A stretch of 64,000 bases of DNA from Octopus sinensis (taxonomy: Eukaryota), in NCBI RefSeq assembly GCF_006345805.1, contig NC_043011.1, forward strand, positions 13,776,464 through 13,840,463. The letters run 5' to 3'. The stretch's first letter is position 1. Each line of letters starts with the position of its first letter. This document shows positions 53,090 through 64,000 of this stretch, in pieces. Made by a program: the position numbers and the translations under genes. The notes below the pieces were generated by a model that did no database searches, was not told the origin of the DNA, and saw only the letters and a program-made list of their open reading frames with translations.

Positions 53090-54665
53090 ATTTTTGCAAT
53101 ATTTTCAAAACTGCTCTCTAAATCGTGAAAACCGTATCTACCTGAAGACCTCAGCTTTAACCAAACATTGGTGTAGAGAAACTCCCAATGGAAGCCAGTC
53201 TTAAATTCCTCTTGGAGGACTATGATAATCAAGCCCCCCCCTCCAAGCTATAACAGAGGAACTGAAGACTTGCTGCTCTTGGAATCTCCTTTGGATCAAT
53301 GTTCTAAATGCTGAATCATTTCCTGAACTAGAGAAGAGATATGGAAGCAAGGTCGTAGGGTTCATTTAGCAAAGACCAAAGTATTGACAGGTAGGAAAAC
53401 AGACAAATCACAGATTCCTTCAGGGAGATGGCCCTGCTTGATATATAGAAAAGGTGTCAGGAGATTGGCATATTTCAGTCATATTATGTGGAGAAAATCC
53501 CTGGAGAAGGACATCATGCTCGGAATGGTCAGTGGCAAGAGAGGAAGAGGCCGACCAAGAACCCGCTGGCTTGACACCATCAAGAGTGATACCGGAATGG
53601 ACATAGCCAATCTGAAAAAGCGGCCCAGGATAGAACTGACTGGAGGACACTGATCCAACGAGTGACCGAGAGTCGACTTTGACTGAGCGGATAGAGAGAG
53701 AGAGAGTGAGGAGAAACTCCATACAGTGTACCTTGTGTGCAAACTATGGACGTATAAGAGATGCAGTGGATCACTGGAAGACTATTGGAGAAAGTAGTCT
53801 TTACATGTGGCAGATATGCAGGTTCATTAAACATCAGGAATGTACAAAAAATAGACTCCCTCATATATCAGTGGGGATCTTCAGAAGTAGTTGACAGTTT
53901 CCGTTACTTAGGTGACCAAGGTGGTAGTGGTGGAGGTTGTTCTGAAATTATAGCTGCTAGAGTAAGAATAGGCTGGGCACAGTCCAGAGAGCTACTACCT
54001 CTGTTAATAACAAAAGGCCTCTCTTTCAGAGTGAAAGACAGATTGTATGATACCTGTGCACAGACAACTATGCTACATGGCAGTGAGACATGGGCTGAGA
54101 CAGCTGAGAATATGCAAATGCTTGAAAGAAATGAAGCAAGAATGCTCTGCTGGATGGGTAATGTCAGTGTGCATATACAACAGAGTTTAGTGCAAGAGAG
54201 AAGACTGTGCTGGTACAGTCATGTACCAGCAAGACAATTGCATCAAAAGGTGCCAATTTCTAATTATGGAGGGAACATGTAGAAAGGGAAGACATGGGAC
54301 AAAGTGGTGAGAAAGGATTTTCAGACATTGGGCCTCACAGAGGGGATGGCAAGGGACCAACACCTGGCAGTTTGCTATTCTTGAGAAGACACATCAAGCA
54401 AAGTAAAATCCTTTCATACAGACATGTCTCCTGCTCAGCATCCTGAATCTTGCAGGCTCATGGGTGTACCAATGCCATGTAAAAGCACCCATACCGGTGC
54501 TGCATAAATGCACTCATTAGACTCTGTAAAGTGGTTGGCATTAGGAAAGGCATCCAGTTGTAGAAACCATGCCAAAACAGACAACTGGAGCCTGGGCAGC
54601 TGGCCGGCTCCTATCAAACCGTCTAACCCATGCCAGCATGGAAAACAGACGTTAAATGATGATGA
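53090..54665 (+). mobile_element. RTE-clade LINE 3' part, with a second RTE 3' end nested at 53465-53705
   Basis: GRWPC..RKGV|..|RNSIQCTLC, EVVDSFRYLGDQ and MLHGSETW motifs; ends in gttaaatgatgatg. Confidence 0.88.
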
Positions 54666-55084
54666 ACCCATTTTTCATTGATACCTTTCCTTCTCCAGAT
54701 CAAATATATTTTTCTTCTTTAAATAGGTAGGTTCTGATTTTGAAAATTCCAGATTTCTGGAAGCCAAATAAGAGATCTAGTATTGTGTATATTCAGCAAG
54801 GTTATGTAAGAGCAATTAACTTTTGATACATTTTCAGAACCATGCTCAAAATCAAGAAAATCTTATCCACATGAAGATCTCAGCATGAATTGATCATTTA
54901 ATAGAAAGAATCCTTTTACCATTGATAGCATTCCTTCTCTAGAGCTGTGTATTTTCTTTCTTCATATACGTCAGTAATTATTTTGGAAAAGTATATTATG
55001 TTATTTTCCTTTTCTGTTTTTGTGTATTCATACATTTGACTCTGCCATGCATTTATTCATATACTATCCAGAATACCACTCAAA

Positions 55085-56660
55085 CCATTATCATCATCAT
55101 TTAACGTCTGCTTTCTATGTTAGCATGGGTTGGATGATTTGACTGAGGACTGGCGAACCAGATGGCTGCACCAGGCTCTAATCTGATCTGGCAGAATTTC
55201 TACAGCTGGATGCCCTTCCTAACGCCAACCACTCTGAGAATATAGTGGGTGCTTTTACGTGCTACCAGCATGAGGTACTGGCAACGGCCATGCTGAAATG
55301 GTGTTTTTTACATGCCACCTGCACAAGAGCCAGTCGAGCGGCACTAGCAACAACCTCGCTCAAATAATTTTTCATGTGCCACCAGTACAAGTGCCAGTAA
55401 GACAACGCTGGTCGCAATCACGGTCAAAATGGTGCTTTTTACGTGCTACCAGCACGGAAGCCAGTCAGCTGCTCTGGCAACGATCATGCTCAGATGGTGC
55501 TCTTAGTGCTCCACTGGCACAGGTGCCAGTCATCGAATTTGATTTCAATTTCACTTGCAGAGTTTAGTGTCCAATGAAAGAAAGGTACGCATAAGTGGGC
55601 TGGTTACACCCCTGGCATAGGCCATGGGTTATGGTCTCACTTGGCTTCCTGAGTCTTCTCACGCACAGCATATTTCCAATGGTCTCGGACACTAGTCATT
55701 GCCTCAGTGAGGCCTAATGTTCGAAGGTTGTGCTTCACCACCTCATCCCAGGTCTTCCTTGATCTACTGCTTCCACAGGTTCCCTCAACCACTAGAGTGT
55801 GGCACTTTTTCACACAGCTATTCTCATCCATTCTCACCACATGACCATACCAACACAGTTGTCTCTCTTGCAACCCACATCTGATGCTTCTTAGGTTCGA
55901 CTTTTCTCTCGAGTATGCACACTGACATTACACATCCATCGGAGCACACTAGCTTCATTCCTTGTGAGCTTATGCATGTCCTCAGCAGTCACAGCCCATG
56001 TTTCACTGCCACGTAGCATGGCTGTTCGTACACATTCGTCATACCGTCTACCTTTTACTCTGAATGAGAGGGCCCTTTTTCACCAGCTCTCTGAACTTTG
56101 CCCAGGCTATTCTTATTCTAGCAGCTACACTTTCAGTGCACCCTTCCCTGCTACTGACTTGGTCCCCTAGGTAACAGAAGCTATCAACTACTTCTAGTTT
56201 TTCTCCCTGGAATGTGGCAGAAGTTGTTCTCTGCACATTTTCAGTGTTTATTGCTCCTGAGCATCTGCCACATACAAAAACTGTCTTCCCAGTTAATCTT
56301 CCTTTGATAGTTCTGCACCTCTTATGTGTCCATAGCTTACACTGGGTACATCTTATAGAGTTTCTACCTATGCCTTTTCTACAGACCGAGCAGGGCCATC
56401 TACCTGAAGGGATTTGTGGTTTGTCTGCCTTCCTACTTATTAGGACTTTGGCTTTAGCTCGGTTGACTCTAAGGCCCTTCAATTCTAATCCTTGTTTCCA
56501 CACCTGAAACTTCTCTAGTTCTGATAGTGACTCAGCAATTAGAGAAAGGGCATCAGCATAGAGGAGCATCCCATCTTGAATTCCTCTGTTATTGCCTAGA
56601 GGACTATGATAAATAGTAGGGGGCTGAAGACTGAACCTTGGTGGACCCCTACCTCTATCC
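55085..56660 (-). mobile_element. RTE-clade LINE 3' part
   Basis: ORFs LLYADALSLIAES..GRWPCSVCRKGIGRNSIRCTQC..EVVDSFCYLGDQV and RQLCWYGHVVRMD; tail catcatcatttaacgtc. Confidence 0.9.
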
Positions 56661-57059
56661 GGAATATGGTTTAAAATGTTCTACAACGAACAATCAACTG
56701 TTACTCTTTTCTCAGTTATCAAGTTTCATCTAAAAGACAGAGTACCCATCCTTGTTATACAGTACTTGAAATAAAAATGAATTATACATTTATATTTTCT
56801 TTTTATATTTCCTAACTAATTTTACAATTCCTTTAATAAATCGAATTGCATATGATTGTAAGAAAAGCACCTCACTCCTTCCATCTGATACCAACCGACA
56901 GTGAAATTAATTATACCTTAAAAAGAGACAAAAGTAAGAGAGCAAGTTTTAGAAAAGTAGAAACCCGTCAGACATAATCGCGGGAAAGTCTTTATTTACA
57001 AATTAGTCTATTAGCATTCCAAAATATCTCATCTCGTCTAATTGACACCTACAAACTTA

Positions 57060-57343
57060 GGTACTACTCGAGAACAGTGTTCGCGCTAGCTAGTCATGAC
57101 TAGTCGATCCTTACTTTGTGTTTTTGTGTTATTTACTGTTTAAAAAATGATTTACTTCGTGTTTTTGTGTTTTATTTATTTTGTTTAACAAAAATTATTT
57201 ACTTTGTGTAAAAAAAATTATTTATTTTGTGTTTTATTTACTTTGCTAGGTAGTCGTTGTAGGATCGACTAGTCACGACTAGCTAGCGCGGATGCGCGAC
57301 TACGCGAGTGCGCGCACCGGGACCACTGTTCTCGAGTAGTGCC
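57060..57343. mobile_element. 284-bp Merlin-like MITE (family M2), palindrome-rich
   Basis: TIR GG(T/C)ACTACTCGAGAACAGTG; perfect 8-bp TSD caaactta; inner 30-bp inverted repeat cgcgctagctagtc(a/g)tgactagtcgatcct. Confidence 0.82.
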
Positions 57344-57399
57344 CAAACTTAATCTTCACCTTCGAAAGCAATTTCACAGTTACAAAATTTCGAACGAAG

Positions 57400-58200
57400 A
57401 GGGGGAAAAAAAAACCCATTGATACTGACATGCTAACCTAGCCTCTTTCTCATCAGTCGGCTAACAGGAAGTCTGCCGCGAGCGCCATCTTCGTTGGTCT
57501 GCTTAATTCTTTGATTTGAGAATTCTCCTCCGAACAAAATGAGGTTTGTGCCACGAAAATTATTTACTCTAAACCCTTTGATATACATCACACCTTTAAC
57601 ATCGAAAACATTTACAAAATACCTATAAATATTCAGCTCCTTCATACATCGATAATTTCTCAATTTCATTTTCATTCACCACATATTTTCTGTTGAAATC
57701 GAATCCGTATCCCGTTGTTTTTTATTATAATTTATATATATTCCTAAATTTTGTAAATTCTGTTTATGAACATTTCTCCTTTATATCCTGTATTACCTGA
57801 AATACCTACCAAGTAACATTTCTGAGCTTTTAATTTTACCATTTTCGACCAGAAACCGAAAAATCCAGACGTGATTTCCCATCCTCGTCTCAAGACGCCA
57901 TTTTGCCTTTGTAATTATTATTTGTTAAATTTACCGGCTCCGCAGTAATTGGTCTCTTTACAAAGACGATGCCTTCTCCTATGCCGTCACCCGTTTTATT
58001 CCATTCTTTTTAAGTCTTCCTACGAGTTCGTAGATTCTTAAGAATTTCGCTTCTGCGATGCTTGTGAATATATATTTCAGTTGAAATACAAATGCAATTA
58101 GCAGGACTTCGGGATAAAACTGCACGCTGCTGTCTCGTGGAGAGATGTAATGAAACTAGAAACCCATGCGTTGCTGAATTAGTTGTTTCGGGGTCATGGA
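57400..58200 (-). promoter_or_regulatory. CpG-richer, promoter-like segment with two YY1-type motifs and an ETS motif
   Basis: AAGATGGCG (57483-57491) and CAAAATGGCG (57896-57905) on the minus strand, CAGGAAGT at ~57465, and GT donors downstream of each YY1 motif. Confidence 0.4.
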
Positions 58201-58355
58201 AGCATTAGTATTATTTGGTGCGAGTTTCATTTACGCTAAGACTTTTAAGAGATATTTTATAATTAGTTGTGTGTGTGTATATATGTATATATATGTATGT
58301 ATGTATATATATTTGTTAGATGTATGGGGGGTGATGTACAGATTTAATTTAATAG

Positions 58356-58576
58356 ATATGAAAGAAAAAAAGATGTTCAGAATGCTGGATGGTTGTAAAA
58401 ATATATATTTATTTACATATCACATATTATTACTTCATATTAGCGCTTTCAATCCATTTCTGATGAAACTACAGGAGTAGTTGAAAGCGCTAATATGAAG
58501 TAATAATATGTGATATGTAAATAAATATATATTTTTACAACCATCCAGCATTCTGAACATCTTTTTTCTTCCATAT
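58356..58576. repeat. Long palindrome (~96-bp arms, 87 bp perfect; 28-nt spacer)
   Basis: 58366-58452 is the exact reverse complement of 58481-58567; the ORF track shows the same peptide on both strands. Confidence 0.95.
58455..58497 (+). ncRNA. Minimal type-I hammerhead ribozyme motif (Penelope-like)
   Basis: CATTT-CTGATGA-AACTAC(AGGA)GTAGTT-GAAA-GCGC-TA-ATATG: canonical core, 6-bp stem II, self-complementary AGCGCT stem III, CUA cleavage triplet, stem I 4/5 paired. Confidence 0.7.
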
Positions 58577-59887
58577 GTATATATATATATATAATGCAAT
58601 ACGAATGTATTACTTTCCAGTAAAAGATAGCCCTTAAGGGTAAAATTATACAAATAAAAGTAGATAAATGGTACAACAAGGCACCAATATTTACTGGAAA
58701 ATAGCAATCGTAATAAATACGACGCTATTGTATAGCTTCACTGCGTATATACTAGTAAAGACATATATATATAGTATTTACTAGTATGTATGTATATATA
58801 TTATATATAATATATATACATACACATCTGCGTGTGATCATAAATGTCAAATTACATTTTTGCATGTATGTATAACGTCTCAATGTGTTATGTTTGATTA
58901 CGTATGGTGGCTTGGATAACACATGAATGAACAGTGGAATTAGGAAGTATTTAATTCAAGAAATCAAAAATTGTGCAATTGAATTATTCAAGGTATACTC
59001 AGCATATTTGTGGGTTTGTTAAACACTTGTTATATTTTAAAGGCATTCCGTAATGCGATAAATTTTTCCTGATTGAATATTCATTGGACCTATTTTATTG
59101 CTGCCCTTTTTTTTCCTGTTAGGTTCCCTATCTAACCGCACTTATTTCCTTCTCATTTCTGAAATCAAGTCCCTACTGAGAAATCATTCTTATCTCTCGA
59201 TTTTACTCTGTCCCGCCGGGTGTTATTAATGAAAATAAGTTTTATTTAATCGTTAGGGATGTTCACTTGGATTGTGGAGGATTACATTGTTGAGAGTAAT
59301 TAGTTTGCTTGGCGGTTGCGGAAGAATATATATACACATTATTTTTGCGCTGCTGTGGGCAGCTACTTTCGCTTAAGGGGTTTTGGGGGTGCGCCCGGCT
59401 TTCTGCATCAGTTTTAGTACTTTTGCAACCTTTTGGTTATAAAGGCTTGTAACTCGACCCCCCGACTTTCTTGTGCAATGTTGGTTTTTCTTTTGGAAAA
59501 TAGGACTAGAATTTATTCATCTGAAATTGTAGAATTTTATTATGGAGTAAAATTATAGAAATTATTCTAGGAATGTTCATTATTGTATTCAATCTTTACT
59601 AAAATCAATCTAACAAAAAATAAACTTTTATGTGGTCAGTCGCTTTGTTAGAAATGACAGCGAAATCGCCCTTTATATTTAGAGAGAAGAGGGAACGTTA
59701 GATAATGTTGATTTGTATACAATATGTCTGAAAAATTCAACACTTTGATTATGATTTTAGTCAAGAATGCTTTGTTAATGTCTTTTCTTTCTGCTCAAAG
59801 TCCTGATCAAGAAGCGAGTGTCTTCGTGCTGTAGCATAAAAGAACTTAACCAATTTTGCAATAATTAAATAGATCAATGTGTGTGTG

Positions 59888-59930
<43 letters not shown>

Positions 59931-60244
59931 CTACACATACATACACACATATAAATTGACAAATTATTTATTATCTTTCGAAAGAAAAGCACAGAAAATG
60001 AGTTTACTCACAAGTGTAATTGTGAATTTAATTTAATCTAAGTAGTTTGGCACCGGCCTGAATTTTTTTCCTATAAAAATTACGTATGCCATTCAATTCT
60101 ATTAACTATCAGATGAATTATTTTTTCCGAACTGGCCTCATAATTATCTTTCAACTTTGATTAAGTCAAATAATTTCTTTTGAAATAAAGGAAGTCTTTT
60201 CATTTAATTCTCTGTGTTTGAGGTCCCAAAACGTTATTCTGCAT

Positions 60245-60470
60245 CCCAGCCATATGGTTCCGGATTCAGCTCCACTACGTGGGAGCTTGGGCAAATGAAT
60301 TGCCTCCGGCCGATCAAAGTCTGGTGAGTGGATTAGGAAATTGAAAGCCCGTCGTGTGTGTGTTTGTTCCCCAGCACCAGCTTGACAACTGGTGTTGGTG
60401 TAGTTATGGCCCCGTAACTTGGCTGTTCGGCAAAACAGAGCAATAGAATAAGTAACAGGCTTTTAAAAAA
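60245..60470 (+). mobile_element. Degenerate SINE family B copy
   Basis: catatggttccggattcagctccact..gaaagcccgtcgtgtgtg..gttcggcaaaacagag. Confidence 0.75.
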
Positions 60471-60514
60471 ATGAATACTGGATCGATTCGTCTGATGCCG
60501 GCATTGTCAAAAAT

Positions 60515-61385
60515 GCATTGCAGAGCTTGCAATGAATTTTTTGCATGCAATAAATTAATTGCAATTTTCTTTCGTCACAATAAATAATTGCAATAAATTG
60601 CAATGCTCTCCAGAAAATCCCTTTGTAAAATTTTTACGCATCCAAAAATGTCATCTTTTGCTAAAATAACAGTACATTTCCAATGAAAGCTCTACTTTCT
60701 CAATTTTGATTGATCTATTTCTTTGCTGTCCGAAAGATGTTTGGATCACTCACAATTTTCTAAAAATTCTTACACCGCCTGCCAGAATGACAAAATCGAC
60801 CACCAATGTGTGATATGACCTAGGGTGGAAAAGCATGCCTACAATGCTCCCCTTAGGGCCCATACCACCGCAATCAAGACAGAAAAAAGCGTATGAATGG
60901 AAAAAGGACAGTTTCATACTATTAGCAATTAAAATGAGTATGCATTTAACAATTTACATGAGGGGATTGGGTGAAACGATATGCGAAACAAGTTCGTTAT
61001 CCCAAAGATGGTCATTTACTCTTAAAAACAGTTGCATCTCCAGATATACGGGTGATAATTGATGTCTTGTATCATTGAAGGCATTCGCTGCTATCCTGAA
61101 GAACCTTTCAACCAAGTTAGTCGCTGGCAAAATGAATGCTGTATTAATATAACGTGGTTGGCAGGTACCCATCTCACTTCAACACTTTTTGAGGATATTG
61201 CAAGCGAAGTTGTCCGATTCATTGTCCAAAACCGTTTCTTGTTCTGGTGTATTGGGCAGCTTTAAGGTTACAACAGATTCCTTTTCATCTGCAGCCGGCT
61301 TTTTGATTTTGTATTTTTACCAAAGACTTTTCGAACAAAGAGAATTGGATTGCAATTAATTGCAATTGAAAAGAGCTTAGTAAAT
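60515..61385 (-). mobile_element. hAT-type transposase 3' remnant
   Basis: Minus-strand RYINTAFILPATNLVERFFRIAANAFNDTRHQLSPVYLEMQLFLRVNDHLWD resembles the hAT C-terminal dimerisation motif; the ends carry repeated (a)attgcaat subterminal motifs. Confidence 0.7.
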
Positions 61386-61859
61386 TAATTTTTGATAACT
61401 CCTGGCCTGGTGACAGAAAGAAATAATGAAATAAGTTCAATTTTTTTTAATGGGCTGATAGTGCGGTGTGGAGGCTAACCCTGAAGCCTCTCAAGGGAAA
61501 TTCTGAAATGGCCTTTTCTTCTAATCTGCTGAAGTAAAAATAACAGATTCTTCTAAGATAAGAGAAATTATTTAATTTTTTTTTTGTTTTTTTTCTGTTG
61601 CCAGAGGTTAGATAAGACAAAAATTAGGTAAAATATGACAATTATTACCAGAGAAGATGGTTGTATATTACAAACAAAATTCAATATAAAAAAAAAGTTA
61701 ATAAATAGCAATGATAGTATTTTTGTTACAGAAATAACTCCACCAGATTATTTTAGGACATATATATGGAAGATACTTTGTTTTGTTAATGCCAGCATGG
61801 CTGCAGTGAAAGAATACAAAAAAAGTCTATAATAAAAAGTACTATCCTTGCTAAATATA

Positions 61860-62245
61860 TATCTTTTACATGTTTCAGCCATTAGACTTGTCATGCTTGG
61901 GCACTGCCTTGAAGAATTTTAGTCGAATGAATCAACCTCAGTACTTTTGTTAAAACCTGGTACTTATCCTATCAATCTCTTTTCCTGAACTGCTAAGTTA
62001 TGGGGATGTAAACACACCAACACCTGTTGTCAGGAGGTGTTGTGAGGCAGACAAACACACACATAGATATATATACCTATTATGGGCTTCTTTCAGTTTC
62101 TGTCTACCATATCCACTCACAAGGCTTTGGTTGGCCTGAGGCTGCAGTAAAAGACTCTCGCCTAAGGTATCACTCAGTGGGACTGACCCCCAGAACCATG
62201 TAGTTAGGAAGCAAACTGCTTACTACACGAGCCATGCCTGCACTT
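61860..62245 (-). mobile_element. Degenerate SINE family B copy
   Basis: Similarity to 46869-47258. Confidence 0.75.
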
Positions 62246-62263
62246 ATGTATTTTATACTTTAA

Positions 62264-62482
62264 CCCTTTAGCATTTAAACCAGCTATATCCGGTCAAAAT
62301 TTTCAACCTATTTTAAGTTCAAACACGCCAGATCCAGCCTCTCGCACCCATCCTACAATGTCATTCAGCAAATAACATTCAGATCATCCAAATTGCAAAG
62401 CTACAAGATAATGCAAGATTAATTCAGAACAACTTGAAGAAATAAGTATTATATTTGACAGAGCAATTTGAACACTAAAAGG
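62264..62482. mobile_element. piggyBac-like MITE
   Basis: TTAA|CCCTTTAGCATT..AACACTAAAAGG|TTAA. Confidence 0.65.
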
Positions 62483-62784
62483 TTAAATCTACATATTTGA
62501 AGTATTACTGTTTATTTCTTTAGAAAATGTAATGACATTCATGTTTGGTATTGGTGTTCTGCTTCACTGGTGTCTGTGTTGTATTTTAAATTTGAGGCCA
62601 TCATATGATTCTTGAGCGTTTTTATTTCCTTCATTGTCCTGATAGCTTTGTCTTCAATGTCTTCAACTCTTGCTTAATGTTTTGTTTGTCCCTAATGACA
62701 GCAAAACAAAATGTTGGCTGTGATCGACAGCATAGTGTGGAGCCCATCTCCTTATCTAATATTGTTTGCTATCGAAATCGATCA

Positions 62785-63068
62785 AAATCAATGGAAATTG
62801 TAGTTGTGATACCAGTGCCGATGGCACGTAAGAGAACCATCCAAACATGACCGTTGCCAGCCTCGTCTGGCACCTGTGCCAGTGTCACGTAAAAAGCACC
62901 CACTACACTCACGGAGTGGTTGGCGTTAGGAAGGGCATCCAGCTGTAGAAACACTGCCAGATCAGACTGGAGCCTGGTGCAGCCTCCTGGCTTCCCAGAT
63001 TCCGGTCAAACCGTCCAACCCATGCTAGCATGGAAAATGGACGTTAAACAATGATGATGATGATGATA
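62785..63068 (+). mobile_element. RTE 3'-end fragment
   Basis: ccgtccaacccatgctagcatggaaaatggacgttaaacaatgatgatgatgatg tail. Confidence 0.8.
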
Positions 63069-64000
63069 TATGATGGGCTTCTTTCAATATCTGTCTACCA
63101 AATACACTCACAAGGCTTTGGTTTGCCCAAGGCTGGACTGAACCTGGAAGCCATCATTCCAACCACTCTGGTCATAAAATGACAAAAAGACCCAAAAAAA
63201 AAGGTCTCCAAATTTGAGGTCAGGATTTTTAATCTTGCCTAAATATACCACAAGACCATATTATTGAAATGCAAGTGATATTCTCATAGTCTGATGTGAT
63301 ACTTTTACTCTTGAGCTCATGAAACTTCCTCATAAACACATATATATTCATGCATAAAAGGAACTATGTACTCAAGAAATTCATCTGCAATTACATCCTG
63401 TCTTCTACATGTGTCCACACCTACATGAAGGCACTTCTTCGAGAAAGAAATGACCTGACCCATTACACTTAGAAATCCTTGCAGTATGGAAAACAGACAT
63501 AAAAAGATGATGATCATCATTGTTGTAGCAACTTTCTTCATGTTGGCATGAAATACACAGGCTTCTCGGGGTAGCATTCTATGGCCAGATGCCCATCCTG
63601 ATTCTAACCTATATTTGTTTCCATCTCTCTCTTGGGACAAATATATTCAGTCCATTGCATATCGACTGTTTGCAAATTTTTTGCACCTGAGATTATTTTG
63701 TGTCTCTAAAAGCCACTATTTGACCTTGCATTAAATATTGCTGTCATCTTTGAGTGTCTTGTTCGATTGAATACCTCGCATTGAATATCACTGTCAAGTT
63801 GTTAAGATAGTGGTTACTTTTCTTTCTACTGCTGCATCATGGAAATGTATCTTTGTTGTGTCTTTCCCATATTTTCATGATCATTAATCACACCTAACGA
63901 AGATAAATTCTATAATTAATCCAAGAAAAAGAAATGTCTGTACACTAAGAAATATCAAGCTATTCTGACATTGATGAGACAGTTACATAATACAAGAAAC

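Noticed and set aside
58196-58707. Identical peptide on both strands suggesting paired genes
   Set aside because: A direct consequence of the palindrome; no coding features.
63317-63640. 107-aa minus-strand ORF
   Set aside because: No recognisable domain or splice context; likely chance or decayed repeat.

Overview
AT-rich, repeat-dense eukaryotic genomic DNA with a 100-N gap at 20-119. The SINE/RTE/MITE landscape resembles an octopus (cephalopod) genome; this is recognition from memory, not a database result. Two spliced genes are supported. (1) A complete 5-exon SRP19 gene on the minus strand (49091 to 34354, 489-nt CDS, 162 aa, all GT-AG introns, frame continuous). (2) The 3' part of an unidentified single-pass membrane protein on the plus strand (exons 6218-6413 and 7228-7767, with two candidate terminal exons at 8144 and 8772), whose cytoplasmic tail carries NPxY and PPxY motifs. 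The rest is mostly microsatellites (the source of nearly all listed ORFs), tRNA-like SINEs, RTE/Tx1/CR1-type LINE remnants, mariner/DD37D/hAT remnants, Merlin-, hAT- and piggyBac-like MITEs, Helitron-like elements and a ~2.6-kb 29-bp minisatellite. The most interesting signal is a set of short, microsatellite-embedded elements carrying minimal type-I hammerhead ribozyme motifs (Penelope-like/retrozyme-like). The best has a canonical core and sits in the loop of a ~96-bp-arm palindrome at 58356-58576. A ~405-bp MITE family with nine copies carries variable (TTAGGG)n tracts. No CRISPR or prokaryotic features were found.
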